From the NCBI GenBank assembly GCA_965140785.1, contig OZ223496.1, positions 64,001 through 128,000 on the forward strand: a stretch of 64,000 nt of DNA, in the 5' to 3' direction. The stretch's first letter is position 1; each line of letters opens with the position of its first letter. Source of the DNA: an uncultured Ruficoccus sp. (lineage in GTDB: Bacteria > Verrucomicrobiota > Verrucomicrobiia > Opitutales > Cerasicoccaceae). Positions 19,949-30,496 of the stretch are shown here, piece by piece. Below the pieces are notes generated by a model that did not search any database, was not told the DNA's origin, and saw nothing but the letters and a program-made list of their open reading frames with translations. Position numbers and translations under genes: made by a program.

Positions 19949-20664
19949 ATGTTGTCCACCCCCCTCCCTCTTTCCGGCGTCCCTCAGCACAGTCCCGGCG
20001 ACCGCCATCGGGCGCTTGCCACCTGTGCGCCCCGACCCGCCTTTACCCTGGTCGAATTGCTGACCGCCCTGGCGCTTATCGCCATTCTGGCCGCGATCCT
20101 CATTCCGGCCATCAGCACGATACATTCGCGCGCAGCACAGGTTAAGTGTGCTGCCAAGATGCGCAACCTGTACCAGGCGGTGAACATTTACCAGACGAAG
20201 AACCGCGGCCAACTGCCTCCCAATCACGCCCACTCGGGAGGGTCTTCCGACGTGGTCTGGAGTATCGTGCTGCGGCCTTATCTGGAGATTGAAGACATGA
20301 ATGCCTACGGGCCACAGACAGAGCAGATGCTGGAGCAGCTGACCTGCCCGGCGGTGGAAGAATCGGAACGCCCGGACAAGTGGTGGGATCCAACTACGCC
20401 GCGGGGACTTGTTTCGGGACGGACGGTGTCGCCCGCAACATCAATGACCTCTATATAAATCCCGGCAATGTTCTCATGTTTGTTGAAAGCAGCCAGCAAA
20501 GCCGCTCCCTCTACCGCACGCCACGCCCCTGGACAACCATCGGCTATCACCATGACGGAAAAGCCAATCTCATTTTTCTCGATGGTCATTTGGAGCAGCG
20601 CTCCGCAGCGGAGATTCCGGAGTCGCTGGACGCTGAACTCTGGGGCCTGAACGAGGCCCAGTGA
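19949..20664 (+). CDS. Prepilin-type N-terminal cleavage/methylation protein with an H-X9-DG C-terminus; split by a frameshift between ~20351 and 20388
   Basis: AFTLVELLTALALIAILAAILIP...LTCP in ORF 19949-20458; SNYAA...HDGKANLIFLDGH in ORF 20380-20664. One extra G at 20385-20387 would join them. Confidence 0.85.
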
Positions 20665-20688
20665 CCTCCCATCCACTTCCCTTTTTTT

Positions 20689-21960
20689 ATGTCAATGAAC
20701 TGCGGCAAAAATAACCTGTGCCTGCTTTTAGCGATTCTCGGCGCGATCTGTTTACAGACGCTGCCGAGTGCAGCCCGAAACATCGTTGGCAATCCGGATT
20801 TTGAAAACATACGCCCCGATGGAGCACCGGCAGACTGGATCTTCTTTTTCCCGTCCGCCTCCAGCGGCCTGTCGCGGGCCGGTGAATCCGATTTTACCAT
20901 CGAACAGGGAGATGCTCCCGAACGCGCACATACACTCCGTATTTCCTCGGTTCAGCCCGTGCGGGCCTCCTTGCAACAGTCAGACCTGCCGCTGAAGCCG
21001 GGGCAGACGCTGCGGTTCTCCGTCTGGATGAAAGGCGAGGGGCTGGAGGTATCGTCCCGTCAGGGAGGCTGGGCACGCCTGATCTTCAGCAACCGTCACC
21101 ACCGCGACTGGCAGTCCGAACTGGACGCCTCCACCGTTTACTTAAAATCTCCGCAGAGTGATTTCGACTGGACGCTTTTGGAAGCCGAAGTATCCGTGCC
21201 GGACAAGGCCGATCGCATGACCCTCGATCTGTTCCTGTGGAAAACAAGCGGCACCGTCTGGTACGCCCAGCCGTCCGTGACAGTTCTCGCGGGTCCGCCC
21301 AACCCCCCGGACGCCACCGGAGACAGCAGCGGGTTGGACACCTTCGCGGCGGCCAACAAAGCTTTGTTGGAGAAAGCGACGAAAGAGCCGGAGGTCGTGT
21401 TTATGGGTGACTCCATCACGCACCGCTGGAATCTGCGCGAATACTTTCCGGGAAAAGATTGGGTCAACCGCGGTATCAGCGGACAGGCAACCTCCCAAAT
21501 GCTAGATCGTTTCGCGGACGATGTTCTCCAGCTAAAGCCCCGCGCAGTGGTTATCCTGGCGGGCACCAACGATATCGCCAACGGCATCTCCAACGAAGCC
21601 ATCACCGCCAACATCGCGGCCATGATCTCGCAGGCGCAGGCTGAGGGAATCCAGCCCGTTGTCTTGGCCGTCCTTCCGGTTTCTGATTATCACGCCGCCG
21701 ATAATCCCTACTTCCGGGCCTCTGACCGACGTCCCCGGGCCGTCATCCTGGACCTTAACCGGCGATTGGAGTCCCTCTGCCGGACAAAAGACGTCCCCTT
21801 CGTGGACCTCTATACAATCGCGGCGGATAACAGCGGACAAATCCCGGCTGACTGGGCCGACGATGGCCTCCACCCGAACGCCCTCGGTTACGCAGCGATT
21901 TCACCCACGGTCGGCGAGGCTGTGGAAGCGGCCCTCTCCGGCAGATCGACGAACCTGTAA
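20689..21960 (+). CDS. Secreted SGNH/GDSL esterase with an N-terminal CBM-like domain
   Basis: VFMGDSIT, NRGISG, LAGTND, DGLHPN; N-terminal NPDFE...W jelly-roll domain. Confidence 0.9.
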   Translation: MSMNCGKNNLCLLLAILGAICLQTLPSAARNIVGNPDFENIRPDGAPADWIFFFPSASSGLSRAGESDFTIEQGDAPERAHTLRISSVQPVRASLQQSDLPLKPGQTLRFSVWMKGEGLEVSSRQGGWARLIFSNRHHRDWQSELDASTVYLKSPQSDFDWTLLEAEVSVPDKADRMTLDLFLWKTSGTVWYAQPSVTVLAGPPNPPDATGDSSGLDTFAAANKALLEKATKEPEVVFMGDSITHRWNLREYFPGKDWVNRGISGQATSQMLDRFADDVLQLKPRAVVILAGTNDIANGISNEAITANIAAMISQAQAEGIQPVVLAVLPVSDYHAADNPYFRASDRRPRAVILDLNRRLESLCRTKDVPFVDLYTIAADNSGQIPADWADDGLHPNALGYAAISPTVGEAVEAALSGRSTNL

Positions 21961-21975
21961 AACAGAATCCAAACT

Positions 21976-24396
21976 TTGAAGATGATGCTCCCATTTATCC
22001 CCCAGTCGCTCCGGGCCAGTGGCCGACGTGCTCACCTGTGCGCCGCCATCCTGGCGCTCACGGTTAGCGGCACGGCACATGCGCAGGAACATGCGGCGAC
22101 GCCGGTTATCCAACGCGATGAGGTCAAAGCCTACCGCGCCGCCCACGAGCCCGCCTGGCGGGAAAAGATTCGGAACCATGAAAGCTGGCTCTTCTATACG
22201 GATGAGGAATGGCCGAACGTCATCCAACGGGTTCAGGAGCTAGACGGCCAGGGCGCACATTGGCGCGAAGTTTTTTTCGAAGCGGCGGACACCATTGTGG
22301 ATAATGAAATCCGTTCCTTCGAGGAGTATTACAAGCCCGACGACATTAAACAGGAATGGCAACGGGAAGTGGGAGATGACCTGTGCTCCATAGCGGTTGC
22401 CGCCAAACTGAGCGATGATCCCAGCTACCGTGAAAAGCTGCGCGAGCTCGTGCTGGCGGTCTGCGACTACCCCAGTTGGGGCCAGCACAATAACGACCTC
22501 GCCGCGGGGCATGTCGCCAGCGGTCTGGCCGTGGCCTACGACTGGCATAAGGACTTGTTCTCCGATGAGGAAAGGGAGCAAATCCGTCAGGTCGTCAGCC
22601 AGCGAGTCCCGGCCATTCTGCGCGCGCTGCTCGGTCAGATGTATTGGCAAAACACCTACACCTGGAATCATAACCAGATCAGCGTCGCCGGAATGGGACT
22701 GGCGGGCCTGGCTTTCCTTGACGAAATTCCCGAAGCGGGCGACTGGCTGGCCGGTGCCTTGCTGGACTATGAAAGGGTCGGCAAGTATTCCTCCCCCGAC
22801 GGGAGCTCCTGCGAGGGGCTCGGCTACTGGACCTATGGCCGGAGCTTTATCTTAAAATTTATCGAAGGCACCAAAGGTGTCACCGATTCGGGGAATTTGT
22901 ACGAGCTGCCTTTCCTGCGCAACGCCATCCGCTTCCGCCTGGCTTCCTCCACCCCGGGCTATCACCTCGTGCTCAAATGGGCCGACGGCCAGGGCTATGA
23001 CTTTCGCGGCCCGCAGCAGATCCTCTATCGCCTCGCCGCCGAGTACCGCGACGGCCAAGGGCAATACCTGGCCGACCACCTGCCTTTCCCGCCCCATCAC
23101 GGCCCGACCTCCGAAGCCTTTGCCTGGACGCTCCTGTGGTACGACCCCAGCGTTCCGGAAACACCGCCGGATTTCCTCAACTACCGCGCGCCGGACTGGG
23201 AGATCATCACCAGCCGCAGCGGTTGGGGCGAGGGTGATTACATGCTTTCCATCAAAGCCGGGCTGAATAACGACGCCCACAGCCATCTGGACGCCGGCGC
23301 GATCGCTTTCATCATGGGTCAGCGCTGGATGCTCTCGACCCCGGGCTACGGACTGGGAGACGGACGGCCCGGGTTCTGGGACCGCGACGGCGGGCGGTGG
23401 AAATTTTTCTCCAACAGCAGCGAGTCGCACTCGACACTACTCATCAACGGCAAAAACCAACGCTACCTGCCCTATGATGAAGCCGGTAGCCAGGTGGATA
23501 CCTATCTGGCCAGTCCGCGCACCCTCTGGGCCGAAGTGGATCTGAATAACGCCTATGATGATGTGACGAATATCCGCCGCACGGTCTTTCACCGCATCGA
23601 CAAGTACGTACTCGTGCTCGACCAGATCGACGCCGAAGATATCTTCTCGGTGGAGTGGCTGGCCCAGGTAGATCCCTACGCGCACATTCGCGCCTCCGAC
23701 GGCGAGCTCCACGTCAGCGATGCAGTTGGCAGCATGCGCCTGACCCTGCTCAACCCCGATATGCCCTTCCAGGAACGCGCTCCCAAGAGTCCCTATTACG
23801 ATTTGAAACCGCCCCGCCTCATCCGCACCTATGCCGCCGAGGCCGAGGGTATGTCCGTGCGCCTGGCGGCTTTGCTTCAGCCGACCTTTCGCGATGCGGA
23901 TGGCACGCCCATCGACGCCGAGCTCAGCGACACGGATGGAGTCGTGCATGTCGAACTGTCCGGCCCCGACTGGCAGGACGCCATCTGGCAATCCGATGAC
24001 AGCCGCCAACTGGGGACGGAGACCGTGTCCGCGCAGGCACGTGCGCTGGCTGTGTTTGACGAAGAGGACATGGGGGAAGGGCTGGTCGCCACCGGGGCCA
24101 CCCGGATAGTGAGCCCCACTCTCCAACTGCACTCGGAAGCGCCCGTTGATGCGATGGTCACGGCTGCGCCAGATGGCAGCGCGTTGCTGACCATTTCGAA
24201 AAACACGACGGTCACTCTTCAACTCCGGCCAGGGCTTCGCCTATATCGCCTTGATGGTGAACCCATCGATACGAATAAGGCGGTGCCCGGCGGGGAGTAT
24301 CTGGTGGCTGCTGATGCCGCCGCCCTGGCCTCGACCAAGGCATGGGTACGCTCCCTCGTCGAAACCGCCCGCAGTATCCCCGGTAAAAACCAATAG
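21976..24396 (+). CDS. Heparinase II/III-family lyase (DUF4962-like N-terminus)
   Basis: Signal peptide; NHNQ, DGSSCEGLGYWTYG, RSGW, HSHLDAG, HSTLLING. Confidence 0.85.
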   Translation: MKMMLPFIPQSLRASGRRAHLCAAILALTVSGTAHAQEHAATPVIQRDEVKAYRAAHEPAWREKIRNHESWLFYTDEEWPNVIQRVQELDGQGAHWREVFFEAADTIVDNEIRSFEEYYKPDDIKQEWQREVGDDLCSIAVAAKLSDDPSYREKLRELVLAVCDYPSWGQHNNDLAAGHVASGLAVAYDWHKDLFSDEEREQIRQVVSQRVPAILRALLGQMYWQNTYTWNHNQISVAGMGLAGLAFLDEIPEAGDWLAGALLDYERVGKYSSPDGSSCEGLGYWTYGRSFILKFIEGTKGVTDSGNLYELPFLRNAIRFRLASSTPGYHLVLKWADGQGYDFRGPQQILYRLAAEYRDGQGQYLADHLPFPPHHGPTSEAFAWTLLWYDPSVPETPPDFLNYRAPDWEIITSRSGWGEGDYMLSIKAGLNNDAHSHLDAGAIAFIMGQRWMLSTPGYGLGDGRPGFWDRDGGRWKFFSNSSESHSTLLINGKNQRYLPYDEAGSQVDTYLASPRTLWAEVDLNNAYDDVTNIRRTVFHRIDKYVLVLDQIDAEDIFSVEWLAQVDPYAHIRASDGELHVSDAVGSMRLTLLNPDMPFQERAPKSPYYDLKPPRLIRTYAAEAEGMSVRLAALLQPTFRDADGTPIDAELSDTDGVVHVELSGPDWQDAIWQSDDSRQLGTETVSAQARALAVFDEEDMGEGLVATGATRIVSPTLQLHSEAPVDAMVTAAPDGSALLTISKNTTVTLQLRPGLRLYRLDGEPIDTNKAVPGGEYLVAADAAALASTKAWVRSLVETARSIPGKNQ

Positions 24397-24405
24397 CTCA
24401 ACCAC

Positions 24406-26133
24406 ATGAATTGGACGGACTGGCTAACCCTGGCCATATACTTTGTTTTCCTCATCGGGCTCGGGCTCTACTTTCGCGGCAAAAACAAGAACGTCAGTGA
24501 CTACTTCCGGGGCGGCTGTCAGGCCACATGGTGGATGGTCGGTTCGAGTATCTTCATGTCGTCCTTCAGTGCCTGGACTTTCACGGGCGCAGCCGGAGTG
24601 GCTTACGAGGCGGGCTTGAGCGTGGCCATTATCTTTCTGGCCAACGCCACCGGCTTCTTCATCCACTTCCTCTTTATGGGGCCCTGGATGCGGCAACTGC
24701 GGGCCATCACGGCTCCTGAAGTTATCCGGGACCGCTTCGGCCCGGTCACGCAGCAGTTAATCGCTTACCTGTCCGTCCCGCTTTTCCTGCTCTTTGCCGC
24801 CCTGGCCCTGTACGGGCTGGCCGTTTTCTGTTCGACGATTTTCGGCCTGCCCATCATCCCGGTCATTGTCACGGTCGGGATCGTCGTGCTCTTCTACGCC
24901 TCGCTGGGTGGCGTATGGGGGGTGCTCTCGACCGACTTTCTGCAGGGGCTGGTGCTCTTTCCGCTCACCATTCTGATGGCGGCGCTATGCCTGTACAAAC
25001 TCGGTGGCCTCGATGGCTTCCTCGCGGCGATTCACGATCAGGGCTTGAGCAGTGACTTCCGGATTTTCAAAGCCCCCGGCGAATTCCCCCACAACGCCTA
25101 CACGCACGCCTGGGCGGCCGGTATTTTCATCCAAATGCTCATCGGCTATAACACAATGGATTCGGCGGTACGCTACTTCTCAGTCAAGGACGGACGGTCC
25201 GCCCGCCTGGCCGGTATGCTGGCCTGCGTTCTCACGCTCATCGGGGCCGCCGTATGGTTCATCCCGCCCATGACCGGACGCCTGATCTTCGCCGGACAAA
25301 TCGATGCCATGTCCATTGCCAAGCCCGCCGAGGCGTCCTATGCACTCACGAGCATGGCCCTGCTGCCCAACGGCCTGACCGGACTGATGATGGTCGCGGT
25401 GTTCGCCGCCACCATGAGCAGCATGGACACCGGTTTGAACAAGAACGCCGCCATCTTCACCCAGGACATCTACCCGGCGCTCTGCCGACTGTTCAATAAA
25501 AAGCCGCTGGAGAACAAAGCCCGCCTGCTGCTGGGCGAGTGCTTCACGGTATTTCTCGGTATCGTCATCATCGGGATGGCCCTCTACTTCAGCCAAAGGA
25601 ATGGAGCGGGCATGTTTGAGGCCATGCTATCCATTCTCACGCTGCTGGTTCTGCCCATGGCTGTCCCCACCTTCCTCGGTTTCTTTTTCCGCAAGGTCCC
25701 CGCGTATACCGCCATCGTCTCCATGATCGGGGGCCTGACCGTCTCCACGCTGTCCTTTTTCAGTGAAACGCTGGGCATGGAGCCCTGGTCGACCCAGAAA
25801 AACGTCTTGTGGGTCAGCCTGAGCGCCAGCGTGTTCTTCTTTGCCTGTCGATTAGGCTGGCGAGGGACCAGTGCCGCATATCGTGAGCAAGTCGACCGGT
25901 TCTTCATCCGCATGCACAAGCCGGTCAACTACGCCGAAGAAGTCGGGGAGGACAGCGATAAAAGCCAGTTGGGCGTCATGGGCGGCATCTCGTGTATCCT
26001 GGCTGGCCTGATCGCCCTGACCCTGCTCTACCCGAATCCGCCGGCCAATCGTCTGGCGATTCTTTTCCTGAGCGCTTTCATCGCCGCGATTGGCGCACTG
26101 ATGCTGTGGCGTTCGCGTGTAGACAGCCAGTGA
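24406..26133 (+). CDS. Sodium:solute symporter (SSS) sugar transporter
   Basis: DYFRGG, SAWTFTGAAG, TDFLQG, AATMSSMD; many transmembrane segments. Confidence 0.93.
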   Translation: MNWTDWLTLAIYFVFLIGLGLYFRGKNKNVSDYFRGGCQATWWMVGSSIFMSSFSAWTFTGAAGVAYEAGLSVAIIFLANATGFFIHFLFMGPWMRQLRAITAPEVIRDRFGPVTQQLIAYLSVPLFLLFAALALYGLAVFCSTIFGLPIIPVIVTVGIVVLFYASLGGVWGVLSTDFLQGLVLFPLTILMAALCLYKLGGLDGFLAAIHDQGLSSDFRIFKAPGEFPHNAYTHAWAAGIFIQMLIGYNTMDSAVRYFSVKDGRSARLAGMLACVLTLIGAAVWFIPPMTGRLIFAGQIDAMSIAKPAEASYALTSMALLPNGLTGLMMVAVFAATMSSMDTGLNKNAAIFTQDIYPALCRLFNKKPLENKARLLLGECFTVFLGIVIIGMALYFSQRNGAGMFEAMLSILTLLVLPMAVPTFLGFFFRKVPAYTAIVSMIGGLTVSTLSFFSETLGMEPWSTQKNVLWVSLSASVFFFACRLGWRGTSAAYREQVDRFFIRMHKPVNYAEEVGEDSDKSQLGVMGGISCILAGLIALTLLYPNPPANRLAILFLSAFIAAIGALMLWRSRVDSQ

Positions 26134-26414
26134 CTGCGCGGGTCAAATAATCCGGCGAAACCGTTGACGATGCTCCGGGGTCGGGCTGCGACTCAACCAG
26201 CAAGACCTGCGGCCTGCCGCAGAGAGGGCGGCCTGAGCAAAGGCCCCGGCGGCGTAAAAGGATATACGGCCTCCGGGCACATTATACGCGGACTTTACGA
26301 ACATGAAGACCAGCTGCTCTTTGTCATATATTTTTGGATACAGCCCAGTGAGTACGCATCATCGCACAGCGGGACGACATTGCCCTTCCGGCGCCCGACT
26401 ATTAGCTTGATCGA

Positions 26415-29400
26415 CTATCTCCTAACAAAGACCTCCAAGTCAGCGACACGCGCCATATTGTATTGGCGGCCTTCTTCGATCTTGGCCTGGGTCACGTCCT
26501 TGGTGATCACAAACGCTACATAGCGGATGCCGGGCAGGTAACAGTCCTGGGAAGCGACACCACTAGTATCCACTTCTCCCTCCCCGAAGGCATCCACCCT
26601 GTTCTCATCTTCGAAGAGCGTGCCGAGGTCTGCACCGGCATAAAAACGCACCGCTCCCACCCGGTAGGCACCGGGGATCCCAGTGAAGCGCATCCCATTG
26701 AGATCACAGGATTCACCCAGATCATAAATGAGTACGAGGCACTTGCCCGCCTGCTGATCGCTGGCGCGGTAGAACAGCTTAAACTCCTCGTCCGAACCAT
26801 CCGTCAGTTGCCCCAGTAACTCGTCGGTCGCGGGAATGCGGGCATTGTTGATGTTGAAGTCTCCGTCGGCCCCACGCACGTACAGGTACTGCGAATCCGT
26901 CGCCGCACCAGGCCCCGATACATAGTAGTCCAGCGGAAGGGCTTCAGCAATCGCGCTCAGCCGTCCACTGACCTCGAACTCGGAGACACGTGCCATATTG
27001 TACTGGCGGCCCTCGTCGATCTTGGCCTGAGTTACATCCTTGGGAATCACCAGCGCCACATAGCGGGCAGTGGGCAGGTATAGCTCCTGGGAGGCGGCAC
27101 CACTGGCATCCACCTCGCCCGACCCGAAAGTATCGACCCGGTTAGCATCCTCGAATAAGGTAGCCAGTTCAACACCCGCATAGAAGCGCACCGCCCCCAC
27201 CCGGTAGGCACCCGCGATCCCGGTAAAATCGATACGGTTGAGCTCATAAGGAAGGCCCAGATCATAAATGAGCACCAGGCACTTGCCCGCCTGCTGATCG
27301 CTGGCGCGGTAGAACAGTTTAAACTCCTCGTCCAAGCCATCCGTCAGCTGCCCCAGCAACTCGTCGGTCGCCGGAATGCTCAGGTTGTCAATGTTGAGCT
27401 TGCCGTCGGCATCGCGCACGTACAGGTACTGCGAATCCGTGGCCGCACCCGCGCCCGACACGTAGTAGTCCAGCGGGAGCGCATTGGCCAGCAGGCTCCG
27501 CCGTCCCGTCACTTCCAGCTCGGCCACGCGCGCCATGTTATACTGGCGGTTCTGGTCGATCTGGTCCTGGATAACATCCTGGGTGATGACCAGCGCGAGA
27601 TAGCGAGCGCTGACCGCGGGCGCTTCACAAAAGTAGCGGCCGCTCAGCTCAAGCTCGGACGCCCCGAGATCATCGATCCGGTTCACATCCTCGAAGAGCA
27701 GATCCGGGTCGTTGGCAGCATAGAGACGGATCGCCCCCACCCGATAAGTGCCATACGCGCCGGTAAACCTCACCCGATCGATCGGACACGGAATGCCCAA
27801 GTCGTAGATCAAAACCAGACACTTGCCCGCCTGCTGATCGCTGGCCCGATAGAACAACCTAAAGGGTTCATCCGAGCCGTCCGTGATCTGCCTCAGCAAC
27901 TCCTCGGTGGCAGGAATGCTCAGGTTGTCGATGTTGAACTTGCCGTCGGCATCGCGCACATACAGGTACTGCGAGTCCGTGGCCGCGCCCGCGCCCGACA
28001 CGTAGTAGTCCAGCGGCACGGCTTGGCTGATCAGGTTGACCGGGGCAAGCTCCCGGGTCACCTTGACCGACTGGGCTGAGAGGAGCCCCAGCCCGCTGGC
28101 ATCCGGAATATCCGCCGTATAGGTCCAGGCAGTCCCGGTGCTGTTCAGGCCACTGTAAAAGGTCACGGTCACATAAGGGTCCAGAGAAAGAGAGCCGACG
28201 TCGCCCATCCACGGCAGATTGTATTCACCCACTTCGGGCAACTCCATCAGCGGCGCGTCCCGGTAATACGTCTGCGGGTAGGTATGCACGAGTCCCGGCG
28301 AGGGGAAGGTGAAGGTCTTGAAATCCGGCAACTCATCCGCTGTAATCGCATGAGGGCTGTTGAGGAACAGGTCCCCATTGTAGTTTCCCCCTCTACTGGC
28401 ATCCGGAGGAAGCAGACTGTACACCCCCGCCCACGTATTAACCCAAGTGATCTCGGGATAGTCTTCCACCAGACTCTCCAGCGCTTCACTCCAGTCCGCC
28501 GGGTCCTCGGTCAAAGCCACTGTCCAGTCGCCGGAACGCACGCCGAATTCGGAAAAGCCCACCGGCTTACCGATTTTCACCATCCACGAGTAATTGGAGT
28601 CATTGGATTTTTTCCCGGACTGATAAAAAGTCGGTGCAAGAATATCCACATACGGGTTTCCGGGGTAAAACACTTCGGCACTCTCACTGACGAAGTTGAA
28701 GTCCGCCGGACAGAAAGCCAGCAGGCAGCCATTGAGCTGCCGTACGTTGTAGAAATAATCGTACATCTGCCGCCAGACGTTTTTAAAGGCCTGACGACCC
28801 GCCTCAGTCTTTCCATAAAAGCTGCGCACGTTCATCTCGATATTCGTGCGCAGGATGTACGCGCCAACGCCCCGCTGCTCGAGATCCTCCAGCGCGTCGG
28901 CCCACTGCCGGACAAAGTCCCAGTAGGCGCCGCCAACTTCGGCATCGTAGAGAGGGCTGGTCTGGTCGATGTACAGGATAGCATCGTCGTAGTCTCCCGA
29001 ATGAACCGGCGGATCAACCAGCCCCTTGGCCACGAGCATGTCGCCGATGTATGTTTCGCAGTTGACCTGGATGAGCAGAATCGCGCCCCCCTGATAATGA
29101 TTGTAGAGCACGTCGTTGATGTAGCTCGTACCGGGCTTGCCGTTAGTGGAGTCCGCGCTGTCGAAGGCAAACCCCTCGCCGGTCCAGTAATAGGGCGCCG
29201 AGTACAGACCCGGGTACACGCCAAAGGTCTGCACGATCGGATCGTAGTTACTCCCGTTCGGGTAGGAAGTGGTATTGATCAGATTGTCGAACGCACCGAC
29301 CACGAAGCTCGGCGTTTTGCTGCGTCCTTGCAGATAGTAGAAGAGGTTTTTAGCTTCATCGGTTGCATGGGGGTTGGCGGGGGCGGCCCCCGAAGAGGCC

Positions 29401-29480
29401 TCCGCGCTGGTGCAGACGAACACCAGTAAACAGAAAAGAGTAAGCACGAGAGGTGAGAGTTTTTTCATCGATGAATTCAT
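26415..29480 (-). CDS. Secreted GH26-like glycoside hydrolase with a beta/gamma-crystallin-like segment and three C-terminal ~180-aa repeats
   Basis: PANPHATDEAKNLFYYL, LRTNIEMN, FYPGNPYVDI, KPVGFSEFG; ATG 29480 with an AAGGA RBS. Confidence 0.75.
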   Translation of the reverse strand: MNSSMKKLSPLVLTLFCLLVFVCTSAEASSGAAPANPHATDEAKNLFYYLQGRSKTPSFVVGAFDNLINTTSYPNGSNYDPIVQTFGVYPGLYSAPYYWTGEGFAFDSADSTNGKPGTSYINDVLYNHYQGGAILLIQVNCETYIGDMLVAKGLVDPPVHSGDYDDAILYIDQTSPLYDAEVGGAYWDFVRQWADALEDLEQRGVGAYILRTNIEMNVRSFYGKTEAGRQAFKNVWRQMYDYFYNVRQLNGCLLAFCPADFNFVSESAEVFYPGNPYVDILAPTFYQSGKKSNDSNYSWMVKIGKPVGFSEFGVRSGDWTVALTEDPADWSEALESLVEDYPEITWVNTWAGVYSLLPPDASRGGNYNGDLFLNSPHAITADELPDFKTFTFPSPGLVHTYPQTYYRDAPLMELPEVGEYNLPWMGDVGSLSLDPYVTVTFYSGLNSTGTAWTYTADIPDASGLGLLSAQSVKVTRELAPVNLISQAVPLDYYVSGAGAATDSQYLYVRDADGKFNIDNLSIPATEELLRQITDGSDEPFRLFYRASDQQAGKCLVLIYDLGIPCPIDRVRFTGAYGTYRVGAIRLYAANDPDLLFEDVNRIDDLGASELELSGRYFCEAPAVSARYLALVITQDVIQDQIDQNRQYNMARVAELEVTGRRSLLANALPLDYYVSGAGAATDSQYLYVRDADGKLNIDNLSIPATDELLGQLTDGLDEEFKLFYRASDQQAGKCLVLIYDLGLPYELNRIDFTGIAGAYRVGAVRFYAGVELATLFEDANRVDTFGSGEVDASGAASQELYLPTARYVALVIPKDVTQAKIDEGRQYNMARVSEFEVSGRLSAIAEALPLDYYVSGPGAATDSQYLYVRGADGDFNINNARIPATDELLGQLTDGSDEEFKLFYRASDQQAGKCLVLIYDLGESCDLNGMRFTGIPGAYRVGAVRFYAGADLGTLFEDENRVDAFGEGEVDTSGVASQDCYLPGIRYVAFVITKDVTQAKIEEGRQYNMARVADLEVFVRR
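26418..28035 (-). repeat. Three tandem 540-bp intragenic repeats
   Basis: TACAGGTACTGCGA at 26881, 27421 and 27961 (exact 540-bp period); each unit reads PLDYYVSG.GAATDSQYLYVR...QYNMARV. Confidence 0.97.
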
Positions 29481-29575
29481 GGGGTATTCCTTTTCACCGA
29501 GGGGGTGTTGGGTTAATAAGATAAACGATAGCCGATTTTTACGCCGCCCCCTGAAGATCATCAATCCGCAGGCTT

Positions 29576-29588
29576 TCGAACAGTTCGC
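29576..29588. promoter_or_regulatory. Palindromic operator, copy 1
   Basis: TCGAACAGTTCGC upstream of the GH26-like gene. Confidence 0.7.
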
Positions 29589-29707
29589 AGCCCTCTCGAT
29601 ATTGCCCGATGGGCCCACACAAGCGACCATCCTTACCCGTGGCCCACGATCGGCCCCTTCGCATGCTTACGACTCTCGCCACCCCCGACTAAAACGCAGA
29701 CGTCTGC

Positions 29708-30496
29708 TTACCGGGAAACTTCGTCCAAGTTGAGTTTCTCGACCTTGAAGTGCGAGGTGTGCCCAGAGGGATGGTAGATAATAAACAAGAGGCGGTCCTG
29801 CGCACCCACCGAGTACTTTTTGAAATGCTGACGACGCCAGTTACCGTTGCGGTCGCGGGAGGCCAGCAGCATCATCTGCAAGTGTGCGTCTGTGAGGACC
29901 AGCGACTCGAGACTGCGCTCGCCCTTGCCCAATTCAAAGACCTCACCTCCCAACGAACATCCAACCGGAGTCGGTGTTAAATTCATGATCATCGCGTGCC
30001 CCGGCGGCACCGCCTCAGCCTCGGCCCGGATGGGGAATATCTTGTACGTTTCGTCCGCCTGCGGAAAGAAGAGGAGGAGCACTCGCGTTTCCCCATCGGG
30101 TAACTTCACCCTGCCCAACGGCGTGCGTGTGCCGGGCTCTTGCCCTTCCGGGGCGGGCCGGAAAAACGTGAGCGTTGGCGGACCACGGTAGCGGTACTCA
30201 CGCGAGAGTCGGCCTTCCTGCAGGTCCATGTCAGTCGCATTGAGTTGGCCCTCCCCCGCAAACGCAATGGCAGGCGGCTCGTAAGGAGTTTCATCGGGCA
30301 CCAGTTCCGCCGCTTCCTCGGGCGTCAGCCGCTTGGGTGTCGGGCTGAAACCGGCCACCGGATCGTCCTGCGGCCAGAGGTAAACCTGAAAGGAAACCGG
30401 CTCGGGCTCACCGGGCGTCGCCGTCCCCTGCTCCGTCGCGGCGAAGCAGCTCGCCGCGCTCATCAGGATCAGCCAGCCTGCCCACAAAAGCTTCAT
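29708..30496 (-). CDS. Exported hypothetical protein translationally coupled to the PilX-like gene
   Basis: Signal peptide MKLLWAGWLILMSAASCFA; ATGA start/stop overlap at 30493-30496. Confidence 0.8.
   Translation of the reverse strand: MKLLWAGWLILMSAASCFAATEQGTATPGEPEPVSFQVYLWPQDDPVAGFSPTPKRLTPEEAAELVPDETPYEPPAIAFAGEGQLNATDMDLQEGRLSREYRYRGPPTLTFFRPAPEGQEPGTRTPLGRVKLPDGETRVLLLFFPQADETYKIFPIRAEAEAVPPGHAMIMNLTPTPVGCSLGGEVFELGKGERSLESLVLTDAHLQMMLLASRDRNGNWRRQHFKKYSVGAQDRLLFIIYHPSGHTSHFKVEKLNLDEVSR

Noticed and set aside
26164..26523. 119-aa plus-strand ORF between the SSS and GH26-like genes
   Set aside because: TTG start, overlaps the end of the convergent gene, and has no motif or RBS.
26418..28035. 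540-bp repeats as a possible DGR template/variable pair or CRISPR-like array
   Set aside because: All three units are in frame in one CDS, the differences are not adenine-specific, and no reverse transcriptase or cas gene is present.
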